DNA of 64,000 nt from an uncultured Candidatus Rokubacteria bacterium (GCA_963758635.1 CAVWWD010000008.1:608001-672000), one strand, 5' to 3'. Counted from the stretch's first letter, positions 1 through 11,373 are shown. The notes: generated by a model from the sequence alone, not told the origin. Numbers and translations are program-made.

Positions 1-725
1 CCGCCGCCCTCGCCGCCGCCGGCGTGACCCCAGACCTCGCGGCGGGCCACAGCCTGGGCGAGTACTCCGCCCTGGTCGTGGCGGGCGCGCTGCCGTTCGC
101 CGACGCCGTCCGCCTCGTGCGCAAGCGCGGCGAGTTCATGCAGGAGGCGGTGCCGGTGGGCACCGGCGCCATGGCCGCGCTGCTCGGCGTGGACGCCGCG
201 GTGGTCGACGAGGTGTGCGCCGAGGTCGCCCAGGGCGAAGTGGTCGGCGTGGCGAACATCAACGCCCCCGGCCAGATCGTGATCGCCGGGCACCGGGCCG
301 CGGTGGAGCGCGCGGTGAAGGCCGCGTCCACGCGCGGCGGCAAGAGCCGCATGCTCCCGGTGAGCGCCCCGTTCCACTCCGCGCTGATGAAGCCGGCGGC
401 CGACCGCCTCGCCGCGGAGCTGGACGCGGTCGCCGCGTCGGCCCCACGCATCCCGGTGGTGCGCAACGTGGACGCCGGCCTCACCACCGCCCTCGAGGAG
501 GTGAAGCCGTTCCTCCTCCGCCAGGTGGCGAGCCCGGTGCGCTGGTCGGCCTGCGTCGAGCGCCTGGCGCGGGCGGGGGCGCGCGAGTTCGTGGAGGTGG
601 GCCCCGGCCGGGTGCTGACGGGCCTCCTCAAGCGCATCATCGACGGGGCCGCCGGACACTCCGTCGAGGACCCCGCGTCGCTCGGCAAGACCGTCGCCGC
701 GCTCTCCGGCCGCGAGGGCGCGTGA
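1..725 (+). CDS. fabD: Malonyl CoA-ACP transacylase (5'-partial)
   Basis: GHSLGE, SAPFHS and EVGPG motifs; first gene of the fab cluster. Confidence 0.95.
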   Translation, partial: AALAAAGVTPDLAAGHSLGEYSALVVAGALPFADAVRLVRKRGEFMQEAVPVGTGAMAALLGVDAAVVDEVCAEVAQGEVVGVANINAPGQIVIAGHRAAVERAVKAASTRGGKSRMLPVSAPFHSALMKPAADRLAAELDAVAASAPRIPVVRNVDAGLTTALEEVKPFLLRQVASPVRWSACVERLARAGAREFVEVGPGRVLTGLLKRIIDGAAGHSVEDPASLGKTVAALSGREGA

Positions 726-1486
726 GCGGTTCCGGGCCGGAGGCCAAGGGCCTCGCCGGCCGCGTGGCCATCGTCACCGGCGGCAGCCGCGGCATCGGTC
801 TCGCGATCGCTCGCTCCCTGGCAGAGGCCGGGGCTTCCGTGGTAGTCTCTGGCCGCGACGCGGCCCGGCTCGACGCGGCGGCGAAGGATCTCGAAGCCTG
901 TGGCGGCGCCGTGTTGGCCGTCGCGGGGGACGTTGCGAAGCGCGAGGACGCGGACCGCCTGGTCGAGGCCGCGCGCGAGCGCTTCGGGCGCCTCGACGTG
1001 CTCGTGAACAACGCCGGCATCACGCGAGACCAGCTCATCGTCCGCATGAAGGACGACGACTGGGACCAGGTCCTGGACACGAACCTGCGGGGCGTGTTCC
1101 TGATGACCCGGGCGGCGACCCGGCCGATGATGCGCCAGCGGAGCGGGCGGATCATCAACATCTCCTCCACGGCGGGGGCGATGGGCAATCCCGGTCAGGT
1201 GAACTACTCCGCGGCGAAGGCGGGGATGATCGGCCTCGCCAAGGCGGCGGCGCGGGAACTGGCGCACTGGAACATCCTGGTCAACGTGGTGGCGCCCGGC
1301 CTGATCGAGACCGACATGGCGGCGGCCCTCCCGGAGGCGGCGCGGGAGGCCCTGCTCCAGCAGGTTCCGCTCAAGCGCATCGGCGAGGCGCGCGAGGTCG
1401 CCGAGGTCGTGCGGTTCCTCGCCGGCGACGGGGCCACCTATGTGACGGGGCAGGTGATCCACGTCAACGGCGGGCTGTACATGTAG
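722..1486 (+). CDS. fabG: 3-oxoacyl-ACP reductase
   Basis: GTG overlaps fabD stop; TGGSRGIG, NNAGITRD, YSAAK, HVNGGLYM. Confidence 0.95.
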   Translation: MSGSGPEAKGLAGRVAIVTGGSRGIGLAIARSLAEAGASVVVSGRDAARLDAAAKDLEACGGAVLAVAGDVAKREDADRLVEAARERFGRLDVLVNNAGITRDQLIVRMKDDDWDQVLDTNLRGVFLMTRAATRPMMRQRSGRIINISSTAGAMGNPGQVNYSAAKAGMIGLAKAAARELAHWNILVNVVAPGLIETDMAAALPEAAREALLQQVPLKRIGEAREVAEVVRFLAGDGATYVTGQVIHVNGGLYM

Positions 1487-1573
1487 ACGGCGCTGTCCGG
1501 GCGCCGACGAGCGCCCTCGCGGCCGCGCCGGATTGCTGGACTTCAGTGCACGGGACGCGTGCAGGAGGCACGG

Positions 1574-1813
1574 ATGACGACGAAGCCGGTGGAAGAGCGG
1601 GTACGCGAGATCATCTGTGACAACCTCGGAGTGCGGCCGGACGAGGTCACGATGGAAGCGAAGTTCATCGAGGACCTCAACGCCGACTCCCTGGACACCG
1701 TCGAGCTCGTGATGGCGTTCGAGGAGGAGTTCGGCCTCGAGATCCCCGACGAGGACGCCGAGAAGATCACGACGGTCGGCGACGCCATCCGCTACATCAA
1801 GGAGAAGGTGTAA
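1574..1813 (+). CDS. acpP: Acyl carrier protein
   Basis: [28 protein letters not shown]. Confidence 0.96.
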   Translation: MTTKPVEERVREIICDNLGVRPDEVTMEAKFIEDLNADSLDTVELVMAFEEEFGLEIPDEDAEKITTVGDAIRYIKEKV

Positions 1814-1840
1814 CCAGGGGACGGGAGAGCGGAGGTCAGC

Positions 1841-3079
1841 GTGCAGCGCGTCGTCATCACCGGCCTCGGGGCGGTCACGCCGCTCGGCAACACCGCGGAG
1901 GAGTTCTGGGCGGGGTTGATCGAGGGGCGATCGGGCATCGGCCCCATCACGCGCTTCGACGCGAGCGCGTACCCGACCCGGATCGCCGGCGAGGTCAAGG
2001 GCTTCGACGCCCTCAAGTTCATCGACCGGAAGGACGAGCGGAAGCTCGATCCCTTCCTGAAGTACGCGCTGGCCTGCGCCCAGATGGCCGTCGACGACGC
2101 GGGGCTGAAGGTGGACGAGGTCGACGGGACGCGCTTCGGGGCCCTGGTGGGGTCGGGCATCGGCGGCATCAGTACGCTGCTGGAAAGCCACAACGTGTTG
2201 CTGAGCAAGGGGCCGGACCGCGTGTCGCCGTTCTTCATCCCCATGATCATCGTCAACATGGCCTCGGGGCTCATCTCCATGCGCTTCGGGGCGAAGGGCC
2301 CGAACTCCGCGGTGGTGACGGCCTGCGCCACCGGCAACCACGCCATCGGCGACGCCACGCGGATCATCCAGCGCGGCGACGCGGACGTGATGATCGCGGG
2401 CGGCTCGGAGGCCATCATCATCCCCCTGTGCATCGCGGGGTTCTGCCAGATGAAGGCGATGTCCACCCGCAACGACGAGCCGACGCGCGCGTCGCGCCCG
2501 TTCGACGCGGGGCGCGACGGGTTCGTGTGCGGGGAAGGCGGCGGCATCGTGCTCCTCGAGTCGCTCGAGCACGCCGTCCGCCGGGGCGCCCGCATCTACG
2601 CGGAGGTGGCGGGCTACGGCATGACGAGCGACGCCCACCATCTGACCGCGCCCGATCCCGAGGGCGACGGCGCGGCGCGCGCCATGGCCGCGGCCCTCCG
2701 CGACGCGGGGCTCGAGCCCGCCGCGATCGGCTACATCAACGCGCACGGCACCTCCACGCCGTACAACGACAAGTTCGAGACGCTCGCCATCAAGCGCGTG
2801 TTCGGCGAGCACGCCCGCCGGCTGGCCGTCTCCTCGACCAAGTCGATGACCGGGCACCTGCTCGGCGCCGCCGGCGGTATCGAGGCCATCGCCACCGCGC
2901 TGGCCCTCCACCACGGGGTGCTCCCCCCGACCATCAACTACGAGACGCCCGACCCCGAGTGCGACCTCGACTACGTGCCGAACCAGGCCCGCAAGCAGGA
3001 GGTCGGCGCGGCCCTCACCAACGCCTTCGGGTTCGGCGGCACCAACGCGAGCCTCGTCCTCGTCAAGTACCGCCCCTAG
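1841..3079 (+). CDS. fabF: Beta-ketoacyl-ACP synthase II
   Basis: [26 protein letters not shown]. Confidence 0.96.
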   Translation: MQRVVITGLGAVTPLGNTAEEFWAGLIEGRSGIGPITRFDASAYPTRIAGEVKGFDALKFIDRKDERKLDPFLKYALACAQMAVDDAGLKVDEVDGTRFGALVGSGIGGISTLLESHNVLLSKGPDRVSPFFIPMIIVNMASGLISMRFGAKGPNSAVVTACATGNHAIGDATRIIQRGDADVMIAGGSEAIIIPLCIAGFCQMKAMSTRNDEPTRASRPFDAGRDGFVCGEGGGIVLLESLEHAVRRGARIYAEVAGYGMTSDAHHLTAPDPEGDGAARAMAAALRDAGLEPAAIGYINAHGTSTPYNDKFETLAIKRVFGEHARRLAVSSTKSMTGHLLGAAGGIEAIATALALHHGVLPPTINYETPDPECDLDYVPNQARKQEVGAALTNAFGFGGTNASLVLVKYRP

Positions 3080-3084
3080 TCCCG

Positions 3085-3518
3085 ATGCGCGGGGCGCCCT
3101 CTCGGCGCGCCTCGGGCATGCCTTCGCCGACGAATCGCTGCTCCGCCGCGCCCTGACGCACCGGTCCTATGCGAACGAGCACCCGGGCGAGGCGGACAAC
3201 GAGGCCCTGGCCTTCCTGGGCGACTCGGTGCTGCAGCTCGTGGTCACCGAGGCCCTCTGGCGCGCGACCCCCGACGATCCGGTGGGCGTGCTGACGCCAC
3301 GGCGGGCCGCGATCGTCTCCGGCGCCGCGGTCGCGCGCTGGGCCGAGGCCATCGACCTCGGCCAGCACGTGCGGCTCGGCCGGGGCGAGCGGGACAGCGG
3401 CGGGGCGGCCAAGGAGTCGGTGCTGGCCACCGCGCTGGAGGCGGTCCTGGCCGTCGTGTACCTCGAGGCGGGGCTCGACGGCGCGCGGCGCGTGGTCGCG
3501 TCCCTGGCCCTGTGGTAG
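3085..3518 (+). CDS. rnc: Ribonuclease III catalytic domain only (no dsRBD); start codon off-frame by a probable indel
   Basis: ALTHRSYANE...NEALAFLGDSVL...ATALEAVLAVVYL; canonical position after fabF. Confidence 0.75.
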
Positions 3519-3519
3519 C

Positions 3520-4683
3520 GTGACCTACATGCGTCTGTGGCCCTTCGCCCGCGGCGGCTCGACGAGGAGACCGGGCGGGCCGGCCGACGCCGATGGGTTC
3601 CTGATCCAGCAGGACCTCCTCCGTCGTAACGTCGAGGACGTCTTCCACGTGCGCCAGGCTGCCGCGCGCGGCCATGCCTTCCTGTTCGCCGGCGATCTGC
3701 TCGAGGAGCCGGCGCGGGCCCTCGCCCTCATCGAGCCTCGCTTTCGCGCCCACGGGTACACGCCGTTCCTCTCGCGGGAAGGGGGCATGACGTGGCTGCA
3801 GGCCCTGCCCGTCGCCGAGGTGACGGAGCGGTCGCGGCTCGGCCTGACCATCACGCTGTTCCTGCTCACCGTGCTCTCCACCGTGGCCGCGGGGGCGTTC
3901 TGGGCGGGCGCCGTGCCGTACCTCACGTTCGATCCATCGCGGGACCCCGTGCGGCTGCTCGCCGGGGTGCCGTTCGCGGCGACGCTCCTGGCCATTCTCG
4001 GCACCCACGAGTTCGGCCACTACTTCGTTGCGCGGGCGTACGGCGCCTCGGTCAGCCTGCCCTTCTTCATCCCGGTGCCGCCACCGGTGTTCCTCTTCGG
4101 CACCCTGGGCGCGGTCATCCGGATGCGCTCGCCGGTGCGGGACCGGAACGCGCTCCTCGACATCGCCGCCGCCGGCCCGATCGCCGGCATGCTGGTGGCG
4201 GTGCCCGCGGTCTGGCTCGGCCTCGCGTGGTCGCGCGTGGGCACGATCCCGTCGAGCGGCGCCATATCGTTCGGCGACTCCCTGCTCATGCGGCTGATGA
4301 CGTGGGCCGTGTTCGGCCGCATCCCCGAGGGGATGGACGTTTTCATCCACCCGGTGGCCCTCGCGGGATGGGTGGGCTTCTTCGTGACCGCGCTCAACCT
4401 GTTTCCGCTCGGACAGCTCGACGGCGGCCGCATCGCCTACGCGCTCTTCGGTGCGCACCACCGGAAGGTCTCGCTGGGCACCTTCGTGGGGCTGATCGCG
4501 CTGGGCATGCTGAGCGGATCGCCGAACTGGTACGTGTTCGCGGGCATCGTGGTGCTCCTGATCGGCTTCCACCACACGCCGCCGCTGGACGACGTGACGC
4601 CGCTCACGCCCGGACGCTACGCGCTGGGCCTGGCCTGCCTGGTGATGCTGGTCCTGCTCATCCCCCCCGTGCCCCTCAGCTGA
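3520..4683 (+). CDS. Site-2 protease (peptidase M50) family membrane metalloprotease
   Basis: HEFGH, AAGP, NLFPLGQLDGG; multiple hydrophobic segments. Confidence 0.92.
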   Translation: MTYMRLWPFARGGSTRRPGGPADADGFLIQQDLLRRNVEDVFHVRQAAARGHAFLFAGDLLEEPARALALIEPRFRAHGYTPFLSREGGMTWLQALPVAEVTERSRLGLTITLFLLTVLSTVAAGAFWAGAVPYLTFDPSRDPVRLLAGVPFAATLLAILGTHEFGHYFVARAYGASVSLPFFIPVPPPVFLFGTLGAVIRMRSPVRDRNALLDIAAAGPIAGMLVAVPAVWLGLAWSRVGTIPSSGAISFGDSLLMRLMTWAVFGRIPEGMDVFIHPVALAGWVGFFVTALNLFPLGQLDGGRIAYALFGAHHRKVSLGTFVGLIALGMLSGSPNWYVFAGIVVLLIGFHHTPPLDDVTPLTPGRYALGLACLVMLVLLIPPVPLS

Positions 4684-4827
4684 TCAGAGGCGCGACGCGC
4701 TCCCTCCTTGCCTCGGCGGGCGCCCACCGCTAACATGGGCCGCCGTCGTCGCGCCCCTCGCGGCCGACCGGCGCCTCGCGGCCCGCGGCCGCTTCCGAAC
4801 CTCGGATCGCACCCAGGAGGCCATGCC

Positions 4828-6189
4828 GTGCCCGATCGCGTCGATCCTCGCGGACTCGAAGCGCTGATCCGGAAGGGCGAGGTGGACACCGTGCTCACGG
4901 TGTTCCCGGACCATCTCGGCCGGCTCATGGGCAAGCGCGTCGTCGGACGCTACTTCCTCGACCACGTGCTCGAGGACGGCGTGCACGCCTGCATCTACCT
5001 GTTCACGGTGGACATGGAGATGGAGCCGCTCCCGGGCTTCACGCTCACGTCGTGGGAGCGCGGCTACGGTGACATGAAGGCGGTGCCCGACCTCGCGACG
5101 TGGCGGCTCGTGCCCTGGCTGCCGAAGACGGCCCTGGTCTTCTGCGACGTGTACACCGAGGAGGGCAACCCGATCGAGGAGGCGCCGCGGTGGGTGCTGC
5201 GGCGACAGGTGGAGCGGGCCGCCGCGCAGGGGCTCCTCGTGAAGACCGCCTCGGAGCTCGAGCTGTACCTCTTCCGCGAGTCGTTTGACGAGGCGCGCGC
5301 GAAGCGCTACCAGGGCCTGACGCCCGTCTCCGGGTACCTGGAGGACTACCACATCCTCCAGACCTCCAAGGAGGAGGGGCTCGTCCGCGCCATCAGAAAC
5401 CACATGGAGGCGGCGCGGGTACCCGTCGAGTTCTCGAAGGGCGAGTGGGGAAAGGGGCAGGAGGAGATCAACCTTCGCTACGCCCCCGCCCTCGAGATGG
5501 CCGATCGCCACGTCCTCTACAAGCACGGGGCGAAGGAGATCGCGTGGCAGCAGGGGGCGTCGGTCACGTTCATGGCGAAGTACGACATGGGCGCGGCGGG
5601 CTCCTCGTGCCACATCCACTCCTCGGTGTGGGACCGGGCGGGGCGCAAGAGCCTCTTCGCCGCCCCCGGGCGGCAGGGCACGCCGCTCTTCCGCCAGTGG
5701 CTGGCCGGGCAGGTGGCGATGGCGCGCGAGCTCGCGCTCTTCTACGCGCCCACGATCAACTCCTACAAGCGGTATCAGGCGGGCTCGTTCGCGCCCACCC
5801 GCATCGCCGCGGGGTGGGACAACCGCACGTGCGGGTTCCGCCTCTGCGGCGAGGGGCCGAGCTTCCGGGTCGAGAACCGGATTCCCGGAGCCGACGCCAA
5901 TCCGTACCTGGCGTTCGCCGCCACCATCGCTGCCGGGCTCCACGGCGTGGCGAAAGCGCTCGAGCCCCCCGCCCTCTACGAGGGCAACGCGTACGAGGAC
6001 GCGGCGCTCGCCCAGGTGCCGAAGACGCTGCGCGAGGCCCTGGACGAGTTCGAGAAGTCGCGCGTGGCCAAGGACGCGTTCGGGCCGCGCGTGGTCGCCC
6101 ACTACCTGCACCACGGCCGCCTCGAGCAGCAGGCGTTCGACCAGGCGGTCACCGACTGGGAACTGATTCGACACTTCGAGCGGATCTGA
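4828..6189 (+). CDS. Glutamine synthetase family protein (probably gamma-glutamyl-amine ligase type)
   Basis: ELELY, GQEEIN, GSSCHIH, NSYKR, ENRIPGADANPYL; GTG start after GGAGG. Confidence 0.88.
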   Translation: MPDRVDPRGLEALIRKGEVDTVLTVFPDHLGRLMGKRVVGRYFLDHVLEDGVHACIYLFTVDMEMEPLPGFTLTSWERGYGDMKAVPDLATWRLVPWLPKTALVFCDVYTEEGNPIEEAPRWVLRRQVERAAAQGLLVKTASELELYLFRESFDEARAKRYQGLTPVSGYLEDYHILQTSKEEGLVRAIRNHMEAARVPVEFSKGEWGKGQEEINLRYAPALEMADRHVLYKHGAKEIAWQQGASVTFMAKYDMGAAGSSCHIHSSVWDRAGRKSLFAAPGRQGTPLFRQWLAGQVAMARELALFYAPTINSYKRYQAGSFAPTRIAAGWDNRTCGFRLCGEGPSFRVENRIPGADANPYLAFAATIAAGLHGVAKALEPPALYEGNAYEDAALAQVPKTLREALDEFEKSRVAKDAFGPRVVAHYLHHGRLEQQAFDQAVTDWELIRHFERI

Positions 6190-6272
6190 CAGGGAGGGCC
6201 GGGTGGAGGCGATTCGGATGGTAGCAGCGGCTCGGCCTGCCTCCCGACTCCTGAGGCGACGCGGAGAACGAC

Positions 6273-7037
6273 ATGGGCAATCGACTCGCCGGGAAAGTGG
6301 CTCTCATCACGGGCGCGGGCGCGGGCATGGGCCGGGAGGCCGCGGTCCTCTTCGCGGAGGAAGGAGCCCGCATCGTCGTGTGCGACATCGACGGCGCGGC
6401 CGCCGAGGGCACGGTGGACCTCGTCCGGAAGGCGGGCGGGGAGGCGGTGGCGGTGGCGGGCGACGTGGCCGCGGAGGCCGACGTGAAGCGCATGGTGGAG
6501 GAAGGCGCGCGGCGCTTCGGCGCCCTCCACGTGCTCTACAACAACGCCGGCGTGCTGTGGAAGGACCGCGACCGCTCCGTCCTCGAGACGGACGGCGGCC
6601 AGTGGGATCGCGTGATGGCGATCAACCTGAAGTCGGTGTTCTGGGTGACCAAGCACGGCATCCCGCGGCTGCGGGAGGCCGGCGGGGGGTCCGTCGTCCT
6701 CGTGGGCTCGGTGTCCGCGCTCGCCGGCTTCACCCGGGCCCAGGACGCCTACACGGCGGCCAAGGGCGCCCTCATCTCGCTGAACAAGTCGCTCGCGATC
6801 CAGTTCGCGCGCGACGGAATCCGCTGCAACATCATCCATCCCGGCATCGTCGACACCCCGTTGCAGGCGCCGTACCTCACGGACGCGCTCCGCGCCGAGT
6901 TCAAGACGGGGATCCCGCTGGGCCGGATCGGCCAGCCGCGGGACATCGCCTACGCCGCGCTGTTCCTCGCCTCGGACGAGTCGTCGTTCATGACCGGCGC
7001 CGAGATGATCGTGGACGGCGGCTTCATGGCCCAGTAA
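6273..7037 (+). CDS. SDR family oxidoreductase
   Basis: TGAGAGMG, NNAG, YTAAK. Confidence 0.92.
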   Translation: MGNRLAGKVALITGAGAGMGREAAVLFAEEGARIVVCDIDGAAAEGTVDLVRKAGGEAVAVAGDVAAEADVKRMVEEGARRFGALHVLYNNAGVLWKDRDRSVLETDGGQWDRVMAINLKSVFWVTKHGIPRLREAGGGSVVLVGSVSALAGFTRAQDAYTAAKGALISLNKSLAIQFARDGIRCNIIHPGIVDTPLQAPYLTDALRAEFKTGIPLGRIGQPRDIAYAALFLASDESSFMTGAEMIVDGGFMAQ

Positions 7038-7064
7038 CGCCTCTCCCGCCGCGACGCCTAGAAG

Positions 7065-7191
7065 GCAGGCGGCTCAAAAGGGTCCAGATGCGAGGCGGCG
7101 CCCGATGGGCGCACGCGAGGCGTAGTCTCTCTACGTTGAGCGTGCGACCGAGGGCGCCAACGAAGCAGATGGGCCCTTTTCAGCCGCCTGC
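7065..7191. repeat. ~127-bp palindromic MITE/REP-like element
   Basis: Terminal inverted repeats GCAGGCGGCTCAAAAGGGTCCA / TGGGCCCTTTTCAGCCGCCTGC with nested inner stems, between convergent genes. Confidence 0.75.
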
Positions 7192-8898
7192 TACCGGCGG
7201 CGCCACCGCTGGGTGCGGCGCGTGAGCTGGCGGGCCAGCGCCCCGTGGACGAGGCGCGCGGCCACGTTCGTGTAGATGATCATCGTGGCCATGGCCGCGG
7301 CGGACGCGGTCTGCCCCGCGTCGTCCAGGTCGATGACCACGATCGACGCCAGCTCCGTGTTGGGCCCCCACAGGAAGACCACGCCGGACACCGTCGTCAT
7401 CGCGTTCACGAAGAGGTAGATGCCCATGTCGAGGATGGCGGGCAGGCACACCGGCACCGTGACCCGGCCGAAGACCTTGTAGACGGGCTGGCGGAGGGAG
7501 GCGGACACCGTCTCGAACTCGCGGTCCATCTGCTTGAGCGCGGTGAGCGCGGTGAGGTGGGCGACCGTGTAGAAGTGCACGACGGTGTTGATGACGAGGA
7601 TCGCCATCGTCCGGTAGAGCCCGCCGAGCGGGTTCCGCGGGTCGTTGAAGAAGAAGATGTAGGCGAGGCCGAGCACCATGCCGGGCACGGCCATCGGGAG
7701 CATGGCGAGGAACTGGAAGACGGCGCGGCCGGCCCGGAAGCCCCGACCCTTGTCCACGAGGTAGGCGCCCACGAAGACCACGGAGGTGCCGGCCACCGCG
7801 GTGAAGAAGGCCAGCTTGATCGAGTTCCGGTAGGCGTCCCAGCCGCCGATGCCCCGGCTGTCGAAGTCATAGTGGGCGAGGGTCAGCGAGAGGTTGTACG
7901 GGAAGAATTTGACGAGGGCGGCGAACTGGGAGACGGCCACGATCGACACCAGGTAGACGGCGATGGCCACGCAGCCCGCGAGCATGAGACGGTCGAAGCG
8001 CGGGCGCCCGCGGCGGCTCGAGGGGCACCGCGCGGGCGGACAGGAGCGCCACCTGGCGCCGCTGCGCCACCTGGTCCAGCATGAAGGCCAGCGCGGCGGG
8101 GATCAGGAGGATCACGCTCACCACCGCGCCCATCTCGAAGTTCTGCTGGCCGATGACCTGCTTGTACACGTCGGTGGCGAGCACGTTGTACTGGCCCCCG
8201 ATGACCTTCGGCGCGCCGAAGTCCGTGATGACCATGGTGAAGACCACGAAGGTGGCGCTGAGCAGGCCGTAGCGCACCCCGGGGATCGTCACCGTGAAGA
8301 AGATCCGGCGCGGGCTCGCGCGGAGCGAGATCGCCGCCTCGTAGAGCCGCGCGTCGGCCAGCGACAGCGCGGTGACCAGGATGAGCAGGGCGTGGGGGAA
8401 CGTGAAGAACACCTCGGCCATCACGATCCCGATGGGGCCGTAGATCTTGTGCCCGAAGAGCAGCCCCTTGATGAGGCCCTGGTTGCCGAACAGGTACACG
8501 AGGCCGATCCCGGGCAGCAGGGACGGCATCAGGATCGGGATGAGCGCGATGATCCTGAACAGGCCCTTGGCGGGCATGGTGCTCCGCGTGAGGGCGTAGG
8601 CGTAGAGGAAGGCGAGCGGCACCGTGATCACGGTGCTGATCACGGCCACGGTCAGGCTGTTGACGATCGACGTCGCGAGCGCGGGCGTGGAGAAGTACTG
8701 CACGTAGTTGGCGAGGCCGACCATGTCGCCCTTGGAATTCCGCAGGCTCTTGGCGAGCATCACCCAGAGCGGCAGCGCGAGGGCCACCACCAGGTACGCG
8801 CCGACCACGGCGAGGCCGGCCCGCATGAGCCACTCGTCGCGCCCGACCTGCGGGCGGACGCGCCGCGCGGGCCGCGCGGAGGCGGCGCCGTCAGTCAC
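7191..8898 (-). CDS. Putative 2-aminoethylphosphonate ABC transporter permease (frameshift near 8010)
   Basis: ORFs 8898-7867 and 7985-7191 join into a double-domain permease; in operon with ATPase and SBP. Confidence 0.82.
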
Positions 8899-10002
8899 GA
8901 CGGGCGTCGCGAGGGTAGACGCGCAGGTGCGCGGAAGGCAGCGCGATGGGCAGCGAGCGGCCCTCGGCCAGGTCGAGACGGCGGGCCGCCTCCGCGGCGA
9001 TGTCCGCGCGCAGCGTGGCCTTGCCGAGCCCCTCGCCGATCAGGTCCACGCGGAAGAACGAGCCCAGGAAGACCACCGCGTCCACGCGCGCGGTGAACGG
9101 CGTTGTCCCCCCCGACGCCGACCAGCACGTCCTCGGGGCGGATGGCGAGCGTCACGTCCGCGCCGGGCGCCGTGTCCGCGGTGTCGACGACGAGGACGGC
9201 GTCGCCCACGCGCACCGCGCCCGGTCGCGCGACGGTGCCGGCCACGAAGTTCATCGACCCGATGAAGTCGGCCACGAAGGGCGACGCCGGGCTCCGGTAG
9301 ATCTCGAGCGGCGCGCCCACCTGCTCGATCTCGCCCCGGTTCATGACCACGATGCGGTCGGCCATGGTGAGGGCCTCCTCCTGGTCGTGCGTCACCATGA
9401 TCGTGGTCACGCCGAGCCGGCGCTGGATCTGCGCGATCTCGTGGCGCAGGTGCACGCGCACCTTGGCGTCCAGCGCGGAGAGCGGCTCGTCGAGGAGGAG
9501 CAGCCGGGGCGAGGGGGCGAGCGCCCGGGCCACCGCCACCCGCTGCTGCTGGCCGCCGGAGAGCTGGGACGGGTACTTCGGTCCCTGATCGGGGAGGCCG
9601 ACGAGGTCGAGCAGCTCCTGGACGCGTCGCGCGACCTCGCCCCGCGGCAGGCGGCGGCTCTCGAGCCCGTAGGCCACGTTCTTCTCCGACGGTGAGGTTC
9701 GGGAACAGCGCGTAGGACTGGAAGACGATGCCGAAGTCGCGGCGCTCGGGTGGGAGAGCGGAGACGTCCCGTCCCGCCTGCTCGATCGTGCCGGACGTGT
9801 GCGGGTCGAGGCCGGCGATGGCCCGGAGCAGCGTGGTCTTGCCGCAGCCCGAAGGGCCGAGGAAGCAGACGAACTCGCCCTCGTAGACGTTGAGCGAGAT
9901 CTCGCGGACGGCGGTGAAGGCGCCGAACCGCTTGGTGACGCGATCGAGCCGGAGATAGGGGGCCCGGGTCCCCGCCGGCGCCGAGCTGCCCGGGCCCCCC
10001 AT
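8891..10002 (-). CDS. Putative 2-AEP ABC transporter ATP-binding protein (frameshifts near 9685 and 9100)
   Basis: [30 protein letters not shown]-like C-terminus. Confidence 0.88.
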
Positions 10003-10018
10003 GGCGCGAGCGCTCAGG

Positions 10019-11068
10019 CTACTTCTTGGGCTCCGACTTCACGTCGTACCGCTTCGACCACTCGTCGAGGATGCGCTTGCGGTGCTGGGCCGCCCACGCG
10101 AAGTCGTTCTTGGCCATCTTCTCGAGCATGTTGGCGGGCAGGAACTCGATGGGCTTGGACATCGCGGTGATCGCCACCACCGCGTAGCCCTCGTTGTAGA
10201 GCTTCATCGCCTTCTCGCTCACCGACCAGTCGACGAGCGTCCGCGCGACGTCGAGGTTCTTGGTGCCCTTGACGATGGCCGTCGTCTCCATGTCCCAGCC
10301 GGACTTCTCCTCGGGGAAGATGATGTCGATCGGCGCGCCCTGCTTCTTGAGCCGCGCGGCGCGGAACTCGAAGGACACGCCGACGGCGAACTCGCCCGGC
10401 GCGGCCATCGCGCACGGCTTGGATCCGGAATGGGTGTAGACGGCCACGTTCTGGTGCAGCGCGTCCATGTACTTCCACCCCTCGGGCTCCCCGAAGATCT
10501 GCAGCCAGCTCGACACGTCGAGGAAGCCGGTGCCGGACGACGCGGGGTTCGGCATCACCACCTGGCCCCGGTACACGGGCTTGGCGAGGTCCTTCCACGA
10601 GGCTGGCGCGGGCAGGTTCCGCTTCTTGGCCTCGACGGTGTTGAAGCAGATCGCGGCCACCCACGCGTCCATGCCGACCCACGCGGGGGGATTCGCCTTG
10701 TCGCGGAACTGCGCGTCGAGCTTCTCGAGGCCCTTGGGCGCGTAGGGGAGGAGGAGCCCTTCCGCGTTCAGCACCATGAGGCTCGTTGCGGCCAGGCCCC
10801 ACACCACGTCGGCCTGCGGGTTGGCCTTCTCCGCCAGGAGCTTGGCGGTGACCACGCCCGTGGAGTCGCGCACCCACTTGATCTGGATGTTGGGGTGGTC
10901 CTCGTTGAAGCGCGCCGCGTACTTCTTGAGGTCGTCCGCCTCCACCGCCGTGTACACGGTGAGCGCCGACTGCGCCGTCGCCGGCGCCGGCACGAGCGCC
11001 CCCACCGCCGAGGCGAGCAGGAACAGGGCGAGCACCGGGCCGAGCGTCGTCCGCGTGGGGTTCGTCAT
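10019..11068 (-). CDS. Putative 2-AEP ABC transporter substrate-binding protein
   Basis: Signal peptide; [26 protein letters not shown]. Confidence 0.85.
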   Translation of the reverse strand: MTNPTRTTLGPVLALFLLASAVGALVPAPATAQSALTVYTAVEADDLKKYAARFNEDHPNIQIKWVRDSTGVVTAKLLAEKANPQADVVWGLAATSLMVLNAEGLLLPYAPKGLEKLDAQFRDKANPPAWVGMDAWVAAICFNTVEAKKRNLPAPASWKDLAKPVYRGQVVMPNPASSGTGFLDVSSWLQIFGEPEGWKYMDALHQNVAVYTHSGSKPCAMAAPGEFAVGVSFEFRAARLKKQGAPIDIIFPEEKSGWDMETTAIVKGTKNLDVARTLVDWSVSEKAMKLYNEGYAVVAITAMSKPIEFLPANMLEKMAKNDFAWAAQHRKRILDEWSKRYDVKSEPKK

Positions 11069-11373
11069 CGTGTCTCCTTGGGCGTTGACCGGAGGGATGC
11101 CGGGCCGGGGTCCCGCGGGCGGGAGCGCGGCCCCGGCCGCCCCGGCACGGGCGCCATTCTAGCCCAGCGTCCTGCGCAACGACAGCCGCCGGTCGCGCCA
11201 CCCGATCAATTGGCCGGAAGTCCTAGTCAAGTTGCACCAGCCCCACGCGAGTCTACGCTTCCCTTTGGGGGTGAATTAGTGCCAGGATGGTCTCTGCGTC
11301 GACCTCGCTCGTGGGGCGTTGAGCGGGACGGAACGTGAGCTACTCCGAGCCAAAGTCTTGAGGAGGTGCATCC

